Positions 1 through 7,922 of a stretch of DNA of 11,416 bases are shown piece by piece. The DNA comes from a bacterium (GTDB taxonomy: Bacteria > UBA6262 > WVXT01). The stretch covers positions 1 through 11,416 of the forward strand of contig JBHIBS010000050.1 of the NCBI GenBank assembly GCA_046759165.1, written 5' to 3'. The position numbers and the translations under genes were made by a program. A model generated the notes under the pieces. That model searched no databases. It saw only the letters and a program-made list of their open reading frames with translations, and was not told the origin of the DNA. The first letter of the stretch is position 1, and the number at the start of each line of letters is the position of its first letter.

Positions 1-12
1 CTTTTTTTGATT

Positions 13-1407
13 TTATTTGAGGAAGTATTTTCTCCCAGGTCTTATAATCAGGATTTGTCCTTTTCTGATCTTATTAATATTTCTTATTTTATTATCTCTT
101 TTTATGGCATAGATAGTAGTATAATATTTTCGAGCAATTCTTCCCAAAATATCTCCACGTTTCACCCTGTAGCGAATAACTCCCCTTCCAGGGGTTAAAT
201 CCTTTACCTTAGCAATATTAGTAAGAAATTTCTCCTTTGTGCCAGGAGGAAGCTTTAACTTAAAATTGGAATAGTTCTTTGGAGTACACCAAGCTCGTAA
301 AGCAGGATTCAATTTTCTTATCTTGGCTTCTGTAGTGCCTGTACACTTGGCAATAACTCCCAGGTCAATCACCTTATCCAAGACTACCTCATCATACCTT
401 AAAAGCTCCTCAAAATTTAAGGAAAATCCGTAATCCTGATAATTTTCTGCAATAATCACACATGCCATAAATTTGGGAACAAATTTTTCCGTTTCCCTCG
501 GTAATGCCTCTCTCTCTACTAATTGGTTAAAGTCAACAGCCTTAGAAAATCTTAGATCGCTGCCAATGCCTCTTTGGCCACGATTATAAGCAGCCAGAGC
601 TAAATGCCAGTCATTAAACCAAGTATAGAGGTCCTTGAGAAATTTTAGGGCAGCGCGGGTGGACTTCTCCGGGTCTCTCCTCTCATCTATCCAATAATTA
701 ATAACCAATCCCAGGTTTCTGGCAGGGGTTGCCATTAACTGCCAGAGACCCACTGCCCGAGCTCGAGAGTAGGCGCTCACTTTATAGAGACTCTCCACTA
801 AAGGTAAATAGACCAGTTCTCGAGGAAGCTCATATTCTTCCAGAATTCTAAAGATTATCTCTCGGTATCTTCCTGACCTTTCCAGTGCTCCAGCAATTGC
901 TTTTCTTCTTTTTCCTTTAGTATAAAGCCGTATATATTTTTTTACTAAATCATTTTCAATATCTATGGGTATGGTATAATTTACTTTTAGCTTGTCGCCT
1001 TCCAAATTTTCTGTTCTTTTTAGCTCTTCTTTAGAAACGTCGAGAATCGATTTAGAATTTCTCTCCATTTCTTCCAGAAGCACATCCAATTTACCGAACA
1101 GATTATCATATTCCTCTTTCAATTGATAGTTCAGAACAGCATCCAAATTGGACCTCGCCAATTCTTTCAAGGCTCGTTTATAAAGATTCTCTGCGAGGTC
1201 AATATTTCCCTCTTCGTAGGCTATAACTGCCCGATTATAGAGGTTTTCGGCCTCTTTAATTATCTGCTTTAAAGATTCTACCTTTTCCCCGGTAGTTGAA
1301 GAGAAGATATTTACAGACTGGGAGCTTAGTGGAGGGAAGGAAAAAATAGTTATAAAAATCGAAAGGAGAAGTATTTCTTTTATTCTTACTGGCATGTTCT
1401 TGTACAT
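13..1407 (-). CDS. MltD-like lytic murein transglycosylase (SLT domain + C-terminal LysM), N-terminal signal/TM segment
   Basis: SLT motifs LPLVES (catalytic Glu), AVGLWQLM, DERRDPEKST, LALAAYNRG and LPRETEKFVPK; C-terminal LysM YRVKRGDILGRIARKY...IRKGQILII; hydrophobic N-terminus. The start may be the second Met (1392). Confidence 0.92.
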   Translation of the reverse strand: MYKNMPVRIKEILLLSIFITIFSFPPLSSQSVNIFSSTTGEKVESLKQIIKEAENLYNRAVIAYEEGNIDLAENLYKRALKELARSNLDAVLNYQLKEEYDNLFGKLDVLLEEMERNSKSILDVSKEELKRTENLEGDKLKVNYTIPIDIENDLVKKYIRLYTKGKRRKAIAGALERSGRYREIIFRILEEYELPRELVYLPLVESLYKVSAYSRARAVGLWQLMATPARNLGLVINYWIDERRDPEKSTRAALKFLKDLYTWFNDWHLALAAYNRGQRGIGSDLRFSKAVDFNQLVEREALPRETEKFVPKFMACVIIAENYQDYGFSLNFEELLRYDEVVLDKVIDLGVIAKCTGTTEAKIRKLNPALRAWCTPKNYSNFKLKLPPGTKEKFLTNIAKVKDLTPGRGVIRYRVKRGDILGRIARKYYTTIYAIKRDNKIRNINKIRKGQILIIRPGRKYFLK

Positions 1408-1453
1408 TTCAGGATATTTTATATCTTTTCTTTTAAATAATCAATTAAATAAT

Positions 1454-2551
1454 CTACGATTCAATGTCAACTTTATCTATTTCAAGCATCTCCTTCAAGG
1501 AATTCATATATTCAAATACCTCAGGATATACCGGAATCCCTTTCTCCTTTCTCCCAGTTTCCATCTCAAATTCTTTCTCCCCAGCAATATAGATCCGCTC
1601 TTTCCCCGGAAATTTCTTAGACCCTTTTATTTCCCTGAACATCGAATCTATCGTCTTCTTAAATTCATCTACTGGGCGGAAAAGTTCTATCTTAATTGCT
1701 CCGAAGAAATGGCCAAGATTATATCCTCCCTTCTTTAACCGTGAAAGATGTAGGCCAAAATTGGCGCCTGTGAGGCAGGCGCAGAGAATATCTACAAGGA
1801 GACCCAGTCCATATCCTTTGTGTCCACCTAACTCTTCTCCTATTCCTCCCAGAGGAAGTAGCGCCGCTTTTCTCACAACTATGTCTTCAGTAACTCTTTT
1901 CGGATTGGTGGGGGTCTTGCCCCTTTCGTCTATAGCCCAGCCTGAAAGCATTTCTTCATTTTCTCTCTCCAAGACTTCCAATTTTCCTCTCTGGATGATA
2001 CTCGTTGCCATATCCAGCACAAATGGAAATGGTCCACCAGTGGGCACAGCCACACTTATAGGATTTGTCCCCAGAACAGGCTCCGCTCCGAAAGTGGGAG
2101 CGACCGAAGAACGAGCGTTAGTGAGAGAAATGCCAACCATATCTTTCTCCAAAGCCATTGTTGAATAGTAGCCAGCGATTCCAAAGTGGTTGCTATTTCT
2201 CACGCCGACGAAGCCCACTCCAGCCTTTTCCGCAATTTCGATACACTTCTTCATAGCCCTGTATGCTACCACCTGACCCAGACCATTTCCGCCATCAATT
2301 AAAGCGCTCAGCGGTGTCTCTTTTACCACTTTTATTTTGGTAATTGGTTCGATACCTCCTGCCTTTATCCCATCCACATATCTCTTCAGGCGAGAAACCC
2401 CATGTGAACTAATTCCTTTTAAGTCGGCGGTAACCAGAGTATCAGCAACTATCCTGGCATCTGAACTGGGCACTCCCAATTTTTTCAAAACTTCACTTGT
2501 GAAATCTTCCAGTAACTCTTTTTTCAATATAACTTGCTTCCCCTTCATCAT
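1454..2551 (-). CDS. Ldh_2 family (malate/L-lactate/L-sulfolactate-type) oxidoreductase
   Basis: Motifs ADLKGISSHG, RNSNHFG, GTNP, DMATS, GGHKGYGL and AGEKE. Start moved to ATG 2551 (MMKGKQ), which follows SD AAGGAGAGG; the longer ORF to 2686 just reads through the repeat cluster. Confidence 0.92.
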   Translation of the reverse strand: MMKGKQVILKKELLEDFTSEVLKKLGVPSSDARIVADTLVTADLKGISSHGVSRLKRYVDGIKAGGIEPITKIKVVKETPLSALIDGGNGLGQVVAYRAMKKCIEIAEKAGVGFVGVRNSNHFGIAGYYSTMALEKDMVGISLTNARSSVAPTFGAEPVLGTNPISVAVPTGGPFPFVLDMATSIIQRGKLEVLERENEEMLSGWAIDERGKTPTNPKRVTEDIVVRKAALLPLGGIGEELGGHKGYGLGLLVDILCACLTGANFGLHLSRLKKGGYNLGHFFGAIKIELFRPVDEFKKTIDSMFREIKGSKKFPGKERIYIAGEKEFEMETGRKEKGIPVYPEVFEYMNSLKEMLEIDKVDIES

Positions 2552-2583
2552 TTTCCTCTCCTTTTTATAGCAGCAAAGCGCTC

Positions 2584-2735
2584 TCATTGCGCCGGAGCGA
2601 AGTGACCTGACATCAAGTGTCATTGCGAACGAAGTGAAGCAATCTCGTAATTTGGCACGAGGTTGCCGCGGCCTTCGCCCTCGCAATGACCCTTCGGGTC
2701 GATTGCCACGCTCCTTTCAGTCGCTCGCAGTGACA
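2584..2735. repeat. Cluster of GTCATTGCGA-type palindromic (REP/RPE-like) repeats
   Basis: GTCATTGCGA (2619-2628) and TCGCAATGAC (2681-2690) form a perfect inverted repeat, with inner arms GCAATCTCGT (2639-2648) / ACGAGGTTGC (2657-2666). A second right arm GATTGCCACG...TCGCAGTGACA lies at 2701-2735 and a partial left arm TCATTGCG at 2584-2591. Confidence 0.8.
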
Positions 2736-2745
2736 AGATTATTTA

Positions 2746-2762
2746 GCAGAGCTTCGCTCTAC
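2746..2762 (-). repeat. Short GTAG-initiated hairpin (REP-like)
   Basis: Minus strand reads GTAGAGC-GAA-GCTCTGC, 2 nt after the DUF401 stop; it contains the GCGAAGC mini-hairpin core. Confidence 0.45.
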
Positions 2763-2764
2763 AG

Positions 2765-3970
2765 CTACATTATTACTGCATAAATAAAGCCAATCATTAT
2801 CATCAGAAATACTGGGAAAGCCAATTCTTTATAGTAGAGCTTCAGCCAATCAGCCTGGAAATATTCTCTGGTCAACGATAGACAGAAGTGGACAGGTGTC
2901 AATAAGACCCCGGCAAAGCCACACATAAAAGAAAAAGTCATAAGTGACAACTTACCATTAAAAAGGGGCAGAACAACAGGAAAAGTGATACCCACAGTAG
3001 CCATGGTCATTCCCGTCAAAAAACCCACAATGAAGGGGAGAGAAGAAATAACTAAGTATCGGGGAATACCAGCAGTCTTAAAGAAAAGGGGCAGGCGTTC
3101 TATCAGTCCCGTAGCTGCCAACATGCTCTTAAAAATCATAATACTGAAAACGAGAAGAATCATACCGTATTTCTCTCTCGCCACAGAGCTTAGAATCATC
3201 CTAATTGGTATCCGATTGCTGATGATTGTGAACACTATTCCCCCAAAGAGAGCGTAGAATACTTTTAATCTAAAAACGAGGACCAGAACCATCACCAGAA
3301 TAATCGACGATAGGTTGAAGAGAAAATGGAGAAGTGCTCGACCTTTCCCGGAAACAATTTCTCCTGAATGCTCAGGTCTCCACTTCAATCTCCCGATACC
3401 CAGGATTATTCCTATAATAATTGCACTCACTGTCAAAATGCTATTGCTTGCGATTATCTTGTAGACAGGCACACCCAGAATGCCGGCAGCCACTAAAATT
3501 CCCGGATAGAGTGGCAGAGTATACTCCCAGAGATGCCTAAACCAGAAATTGAGAAAAGTCTTTCGTTCATTCGATATACCCATCTGCTGCGTAACTTCCT
3601 TTACCACCGGAGCAGAAACGAGCGCTCCACCAAACATCGGAAGAAAACCAATCACTGCTGGGATAATGGCAACAATCCACCTTATATCTAAAAGTAAATT
3701 TTTCATATTATCGATGATTTTCCTAAAAGTATATGCTGCCTTCATAGATAAATTGAAGATAATCACAAGAAATAGAGCGGCAGCAATCTCCAGAGTCTCC
3801 CTGGATAGACAGGCAGCATAGAAAGTTTTTGAAATCTCTACCAGGCTAAACCTGTAAGCAATACCCAGAAATAGCGCCGCTACTATCATGGTCAGAGCCA
3901 AATTCAATTTCCATTTGAAAAGAATCAGGATGATTGCTAAAGAAGCAATTAAAATTATCAAGTCGTGCAT
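2765..3970 (-). CDS. DUF401 family integral membrane protein (putative transporter)
   Basis: About 401 aa with many hydrophobic helices; motifs GFLPMFGGALVSAP, NFWFRHLWEY and TPVHFCLSLTREYF. Start placed at ATG 3970 (MHDLII) behind AGGAG. Confidence 0.85.
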   Translation of the reverse strand: MHDLIILIASLAIILILFKWKLNLALTMIVAALFLGIAYRFSLVEISKTFYAACLSRETLEIAAALFLVIIFNLSMKAAYTFRKIIDNMKNLLLDIRWIVAIIPAVIGFLPMFGGALVSAPVVKEVTQQMGISNERKTFLNFWFRHLWEYTLPLYPGILVAAGILGVPVYKIIASNSILTVSAIIIGIILGIGRLKWRPEHSGEIVSGKGRALLHFLFNLSSIILVMVLVLVFRLKVFYALFGGIVFTIISNRIPIRMILSSVAREKYGMILLVFSIMIFKSMLAATGLIERLPLFFKTAGIPRYLVISSLPFIVGFLTGMTMATVGITFPVVLPLFNGKLSLMTFSFMCGFAGVLLTPVHFCLSLTREYFQADWLKLYYKELAFPVFLMIMIGFIYAVIM

Positions 3971-4150
3971 ATTTGCTTTATCTCCTAAAAATATGGAGTA
4001 ATTATAGTAGATTTCCCAAGAAAAAATCAATCACAAAATTGCAAATGATTAACACCCGATAGTAAAATAAAATTCGGCTCAATTACCGACTTTCATTGGG
4101 GCTCCATCCCTACCCGGGACCCTGAAGGCCAGGCGAGCAGATTAAGCGGT

Positions 4151-5581
4151 CTATTCTCGGAGTAGTTTTATAGTGGTACTGATATGGCGAAGTGCAGAAC
4201 CTTTTTTGTAGCCAGAGGCCTTTTCATTTGCTTTCTCGACGGCCTCATAACCGTATTCCTTAATGAGATGGATGTAGATTTCGATTTTCGTGAGGTCCTT
4301 AGGCTCGTTGAGTTGGCTGGATAGAGATTGAGCGTGGGAAGTAATCTCGCCACCATATTTTTCTTTTAATGCATCGATTCTCCTCTGGAATTCTTCAAGT
4401 GAGATAAGCCAGTTTACCTGGTAGATGTTGGCCAGCCTCTGGCTAAACTCTTGTTTTGTCCTCTCTCCCCGCATGACTTCAATGATATTCTCTCTTTCCA
4501 ACTCCAATAAGCCCAAGGAGATAGTGTATTCGCTCAGGCCATAAATTCTGGAAAGGTCTTCCTGGCTTCGGAACCAGTAGGGGTTCTTGGCACTCTTCCT
4601 GGCTTCCAGAAGTGCAATTAGATAGAGATATTTTGCTCTCAGGGATAGTCTTTCGGGAAGCCTATATTCCCAGTGTTTGAAAGGAAGGACGAAATAGTCC
4701 TGAGTGGGTGGTTTGAGGAGAATGATTTCCTTCTTACGGGCATTGTATTTTATGAGTTTATATCTTTTCTGAAGTCTTTTTAAAGGACGCCTCAACTTCT
4801 CATAGTAGTACTCCCTTTCCTTACTATATGGTGGAGCTTTATAGCCGAGAAGACAGGCGTATCTTTCATAATCGAACCTTAAGGCATTACGCTTGGTTAT
4901 CTGGCTTTCTCTTAGGAAAAGTAAGTAGAGGTCGAAGGCTTTGTTGGCTCTGTCCTTGACCAGCCTTCTGCCTGCTACAGGAGAGAGCAGGAACTCTTCT
5001 GGAAGGAGAAGTCCTTCCTTCTCTTGAGGAACTGGGGGCGTCTCCTGGAGGATTATCCCGGATAAGGATTTCTGAATAGCTTGAGCTATTTCTTTTGAAT
5101 CGATAATGACCGATATTTCATGATTGTTATAGAAAGCTGTCTTCGACCAGTTTGCGCTCCCGAAGATGCAAATTCGGGAATCGATAACAATGGCTTTGCT
5201 GTGGAGGTAGGTTTTTGGGCTATCGTAGTAAACATCGATTTCATTTCTCCGAAGCGTTTCAAATGCAAGGTGACTCTCTTTAAATTTTTCATTTTCGAGG
5301 ATTACTTTTACCTTCGCTTCCCTCTTTCTGGCTTCGATGAGGTCATCAATGAGGACATTTACAGGATTTGCAGAATCTTCAGGGTCCATAATCATAAAAT
5401 ACATGACTACGTCAATCGATTGCTGAGCTTGACTGAGTGCGTTATGAACGGCTGGGAAATAGTCACTGCCGATGAGAAGTGTTGGCTGTTCGGAATCCGT
5501 CGCAAGATTGGAAGGAGCTAATAATGGAAAAAGAAAGGAAAAAACGAAAATATAGATGAAAATGTATCTTCTTATTCTCAT
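4151..5581 (-). CDS. PLD-like (single HKD, Nuc-type) domain protein with N-terminal signal/TM segment and C-terminal tandem winged-helix-like region
   Basis: HxKxxxxD motif H127-S-K129-AIVI-D134 followed by GSANWS and NNHE; hydrophobic aa 6-22; wHTH-like SQEDLSRIYGLSEYTISLGLLELERENII (aa 339-367). No clear SD upstream. Confidence 0.85.
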   Translation of the reverse strand: MRIRRYIFIYIFVFSFLFPLLAPSNLATDSEQPTLLIGSDYFPAVHNALSQAQQSIDVVMYFMIMDPEDSANPVNVLIDDLIEARKREAKVKVILENEKFKESHLAFETLRRNEIDVYYDSPKTYLHSKAIVIDSRICIFGSANWSKTAFYNNHEISVIIDSKEIAQAIQKSLSGIILQETPPVPQEKEGLLLPEEFLLSPVAGRRLVKDRANKAFDLYLLFLRESQITKRNALRFDYERYACLLGYKAPPYSKEREYYYEKLRRPLKRLQKRYKLIKYNARKKEIILLKPPTQDYFVLPFKHWEYRLPERLSLRAKYLYLIALLEARKSAKNPYWFRSQEDLSRIYGLSEYTISLGLLELERENIIEVMRGERTKQEFSQRLANIYQVNWLISLEEFQRRIDALKEKYGGEITSHAQSLSSQLNEPKDLTKIEIYIHLIKEYGYEAVEKANEKASGYKKGSALRHISTTIKLLRE

Positions 5582-5666
5582 AATTCATAAGGAGTGGAGA
5601 AGTGACCCGCCGTGAAATTGAGACGCTAGGTTAATTTTCCAGGCCAAAAGAAAGTGACCCGGGGCT

Positions 5667-6557
5667 TCATTCTTTCTCTTCTTCGAAAAGCTCCCGCTGT
5701 TCAGGCAGGAAGGTTCTCCGAAGTAGCTCCTTTGTTCTTTCCCCCATTTCCACAATATCACTCAAGAAACTTTTCATTCGGAGGGCATTTCTCGCTGCTG
5801 CGCCTGCGTGGCAGTTGTTGAAAAATATGTACCCCTTCTGTGTGTTCTGGTGAATCCTTTTGATTGGGTCAACGAACTCTTTTAATTCCTTATCAGAATA
5901 GAGGTAATTATACCTCTCCGAAGTTGGCACGTTGAACCAGTTCTGGTTTCTTCCATGCAGTCGCATATAGCCTATACTCGATGTAACTTCTTCAACGAAA
6001 GGCATAAGCCTGGGTAATTTTGGTTCATCTACTATGCAATAGGGTAGGTCGTTCTCCCTGAGGAAAGCGAATGTTTCGGGCCTTGCCCAAGCCCGGTTCC
6101 TGAATTCAATTACCCCAGGCACATCACCCAGCCACTCCTTGCATTGAAGAATATAGTTCTTGCTTTCAGAGCGGGGATAGAAGAAGACCGGAAACTGCAA
6201 GAGAATTGCCCCGAGCTTCTTACTCTCAATTAGGGGCTTCATCGAATATATAAATTTCTCAAATGTCTCCTTGACTTCACTCATTTCGGGTCTCTTTTCA
6301 AGCCGACTGTCGAAAGGGTCATGAGTCATACCCCTAAATGCTTTCACTACAAAGTCGAATTTTTCCGTCGTCTTGTTTGCCAATCCCTCTATGGTCTTCA
6401 GGCCGGGGAGCGTATAGTATGTGAAGTTTATCTCCACGGTATCGAACCCGAGCTCCTGCTCGTAGTACTGAAGGATGACCTTGGGTTGAATATTTTTGGG
6501 ATAAACTACGCCACGCCAATCTGGAAAAGAGAATCCGCTCGTCCCAATTTTTATCAT
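5667..6557 (-). CDS. DUF72 domain-containing protein (YecE-like)
   Basis: Family motifs IKIGTSGFSFPDW, TVEINFTYY, LLQFP, IEFRNRAW, YMRLHGRN, YNYLYS and IFFNN. Confidence 0.93.
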   Translation of the reverse strand: MIKIGTSGFSFPDWRGVVYPKNIQPKVILQYYEQELGFDTVEINFTYYTLPGLKTIEGLANKTTEKFDFVVKAFRGMTHDPFDSRLEKRPEMSEVKETFEKFIYSMKPLIESKKLGAILLQFPVFFYPRSESKNYILQCKEWLGDVPGVIEFRNRAWARPETFAFLRENDLPYCIVDEPKLPRLMPFVEEVTSSIGYMRLHGRNQNWFNVPTSERYNYLYSDKELKEFVDPIKRIHQNTQKGYIFFNNCHAGAAARNALRMKSFLSDIVEMGERTKELLRRTFLPEQRELFEEEKE

Positions 6558-6701
6558 TTTGTCTCACAACCTCGCTTGACAAGAGCTGTCAATAGCATCC
6601 CTTGCTCAATTTTTCCAAATTTGGACAATTTTATTTCTCGATTTTTCTCCTTGAACTATCTTTATTCACTTCTTTTTCACTTTAAATTCTTCAGAGAACA
6701 G

Positions 6702-6915
6702 TTAAATCAAAAGTTTATTTACTCTTCCCTTCTCAGGCGGGCAGTCAGCATTTTTGTCTCTCCAGGCTCGGATGTCCTCTTTCCAGAATCTCGGGATACC
6801 ACTGACTTTGAAGCCCGGTATTTCTCCCTTTTGGGCTAATTTATAAATAGTGCTTTCGTTAACCTGCAAATATCTGGCTACCTGTTTGATTTTTAGGCTT
6901 GCTCTTTCAATGTTG
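6702..6915 (-). pseudogene. Excisionase-type (HTH_17, MerR-like) DNA-binding domain; start uncertain, possibly decayed
   Basis: LKIKQVARYLQVNESTIYKLAQKGEIPGFKVSGIPRFWKEDIRAW matches the HTH_17 pattern, but the usual W of the WRF motif is replaced and there is no ATG/SD near the domain start (ATT-GAA at about 6915; GTG and TTG further upstream). Confidence 0.65.
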
Positions 6916-7054
6916 GTCTTGATGGAAATATAAGATGAATTCTTACGCTCCGATGAAGGTGGGGGGCTACCCACGGTTGTCGAGTAATCCGGCTCAATAA
7001 ATTGAGCCTGTACATCATTCCCGTGGTTCGAAGCAAAATAGTGCAATTAGTTAG

Positions 7055-7083
7055 ATAATAATCTAAAGAAATGCTAATGTCAA
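7055..7083 (-). promoter_or_regulatory. sigma70-type promoter
   Basis: TTGACA (7083-7078), 17-nt spacer, TATTAT (7060-7055); points into the structured leader and HTH_17 ORF. Confidence 0.65.
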
Positions 7084-7110
7084 GGAAAATAATATAATAG
7101 AAAAAGATGC

Positions 7111-7308
7111 CTAAACAGATGGAAGGTTAAGCATGAAGGCTTTGAATTCTCGTCTTAAGACTTTGCGGGAAAAGGGGTTATGAATTAACTTCTGGATGGT
7201 AGGCTTCAATGGTCGGCCGCCGAGGAAGGGGTCAAAGCCGCGCTCTATAAGAATCTCTTTAGCTTCGTCGGTTACTTCCATATTTAATTTACGGTCTTTT
7301 GCAAAACG
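7111..7308 (-). pseudogene. 3' remnant of a ClpB/ClpC-type AAA+ chaperone (D2-small domain)
   Basis: Not in the ORF track. The minus strand translates as RFAKDRKLNMEVTDEAKEILIERGFDPFLGGRPLKPTIQKLIHNPFSRKVLRREFK, a degenerate match to the Clp C-terminal G[YF]DPxxGARPL[KR]RxIQ motif. The rest of the gene is absent. Confidence 0.8.
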
Positions 7309-7353
7309 GGTATGGGGATGCCATCCTCCTGCTCGAGCAGATAGAAGGTGTTC

Positions 7354-7369
7354 GAGAGCGGGACTTCGC
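7354..7369. repeat. 16-bp inverted repeat, arm downstream of hsp20
   Basis: GAGAGCGGGACTTCGC is the exact reverse complement of 7893-7908. Confidence 0.9.
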
Positions 7370-7375
7370 GATGCA

Positions 7376-7855
7376 TTAGTCTATTTCTATATCGATCTGT
7401 TTTGATTTTGTCTGTTCACTTTTTGGCAAGCTGACCTCCAGAACGCCCTTCTTGTAGGATGCTTTAACTTTGTCTCCGGTTACCGACGCTGGAAGAGGGA
7501 TGCTCCGGTAGAAACTACCATAGGTTCTCTCACTATAGTAGTAATCATCTTTCTTGGTCTCTTTCTCTGTCTTCTTTTCACCTTGAATGAGTAACACATC
7601 GTCTTCCACAGAGACCTTGACATCATCCTTCTCCAGGCCTGGAAGGTCGGCTTTCACAACGAACCTATCGGCTTCTTCCACAACGTCAACCGCTGGAGCC
7701 CACTTACTATCACCAAAGATGGACCTCATGCGGGGAAGGAAGCCAAACCTCCCCCATCTCTCCTCCAGGAATCTATTTATCCTGTCTGAGAGGGTCCACA
7801 AGTCCTCGAATGGTCTCCAGGGAACTAATTCTCCTCTGCGTTCTTTTCTTATCAT
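7376..7855 (-). CDS. Hsp20/alpha-crystallin small heat shock protein
   Basis: WAPAVDVVE, ADLPGLEKDDVKV, ERTYGSFYRSIPLP and ASYKKGVLEVSLPK. ATG 7855 follows a strong SD AGGAGGTGA; the ORF-track GTG start at 7864 lies inside that SD. Confidence 0.95.
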   Translation of the reverse strand: MIRKERRGELVPWRPFEDLWTLSDRINRFLEERWGRFGFLPRMRSIFGDSKWAPAVDVVEEADRFVVKADLPGLEKDDVKVSVEDDVLLIQGEKKTEKETKKDDYYYSERTYGSFYRSIPLPASVTGDKVKASYKKGVLEVSLPKSEQTKSKQIDIEID

Positions 7856-7892
7856 GGCTATCACCTCCTATTCTTGTGCTGCTTTCACCAGA

Positions 7893-7908
7893 GCGAAGTC
7901 CCGCTCTC
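7893..7908. repeat. 16-bp inverted repeat, arm upstream of hsp20
   Basis: GCGAAGTCCCGCTCTC; it also overlaps a local hairpin AGAGCG-AAGTCC-CGCTCT (7890-7907). Confidence 0.9.
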
Positions 7909-7922
7909 TGTTAGTTTAATAA

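Noticed and set aside
2552-2686. N-terminal extension of the Ldh_2 ORF (MRGRRPRQPRAKLRDCFTSFAMT...)
   Set aside because: It is a translation of the palindromic repeat; a strong SD sits in front of ATG 2551.
4060-4113. Fluoride-riboswitch-like GGGATGGAGCCCC on the minus strand upstream of DUF401
   Set aside because: The downstream GCTGATGACTCCTAC-type pseudoknot segment is missing and the P1 spacing is wrong.
4098-5670. GGGGCTCCAT / GGGGCTTCAT near-direct repeat flanking the PLD gene as a target-site duplication
   Set aside because: Short, imperfect and overlapping the DUF72 stop codon; compatible with chance.
6940-7035. 6S RNA (TTCGAACC...GAGCC...CCCACCT resemblance)
   Set aside because: No closing GGTTC partner or long terminal stem, and too short; kept only as an unassigned structured leader.
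7051-7077. CIRCE-like TTAGCATTT-N9-ATTATCTAA within the promoter
   Set aside because: The right arm matches GAGTGCTAA at only 4 of 9 positions.
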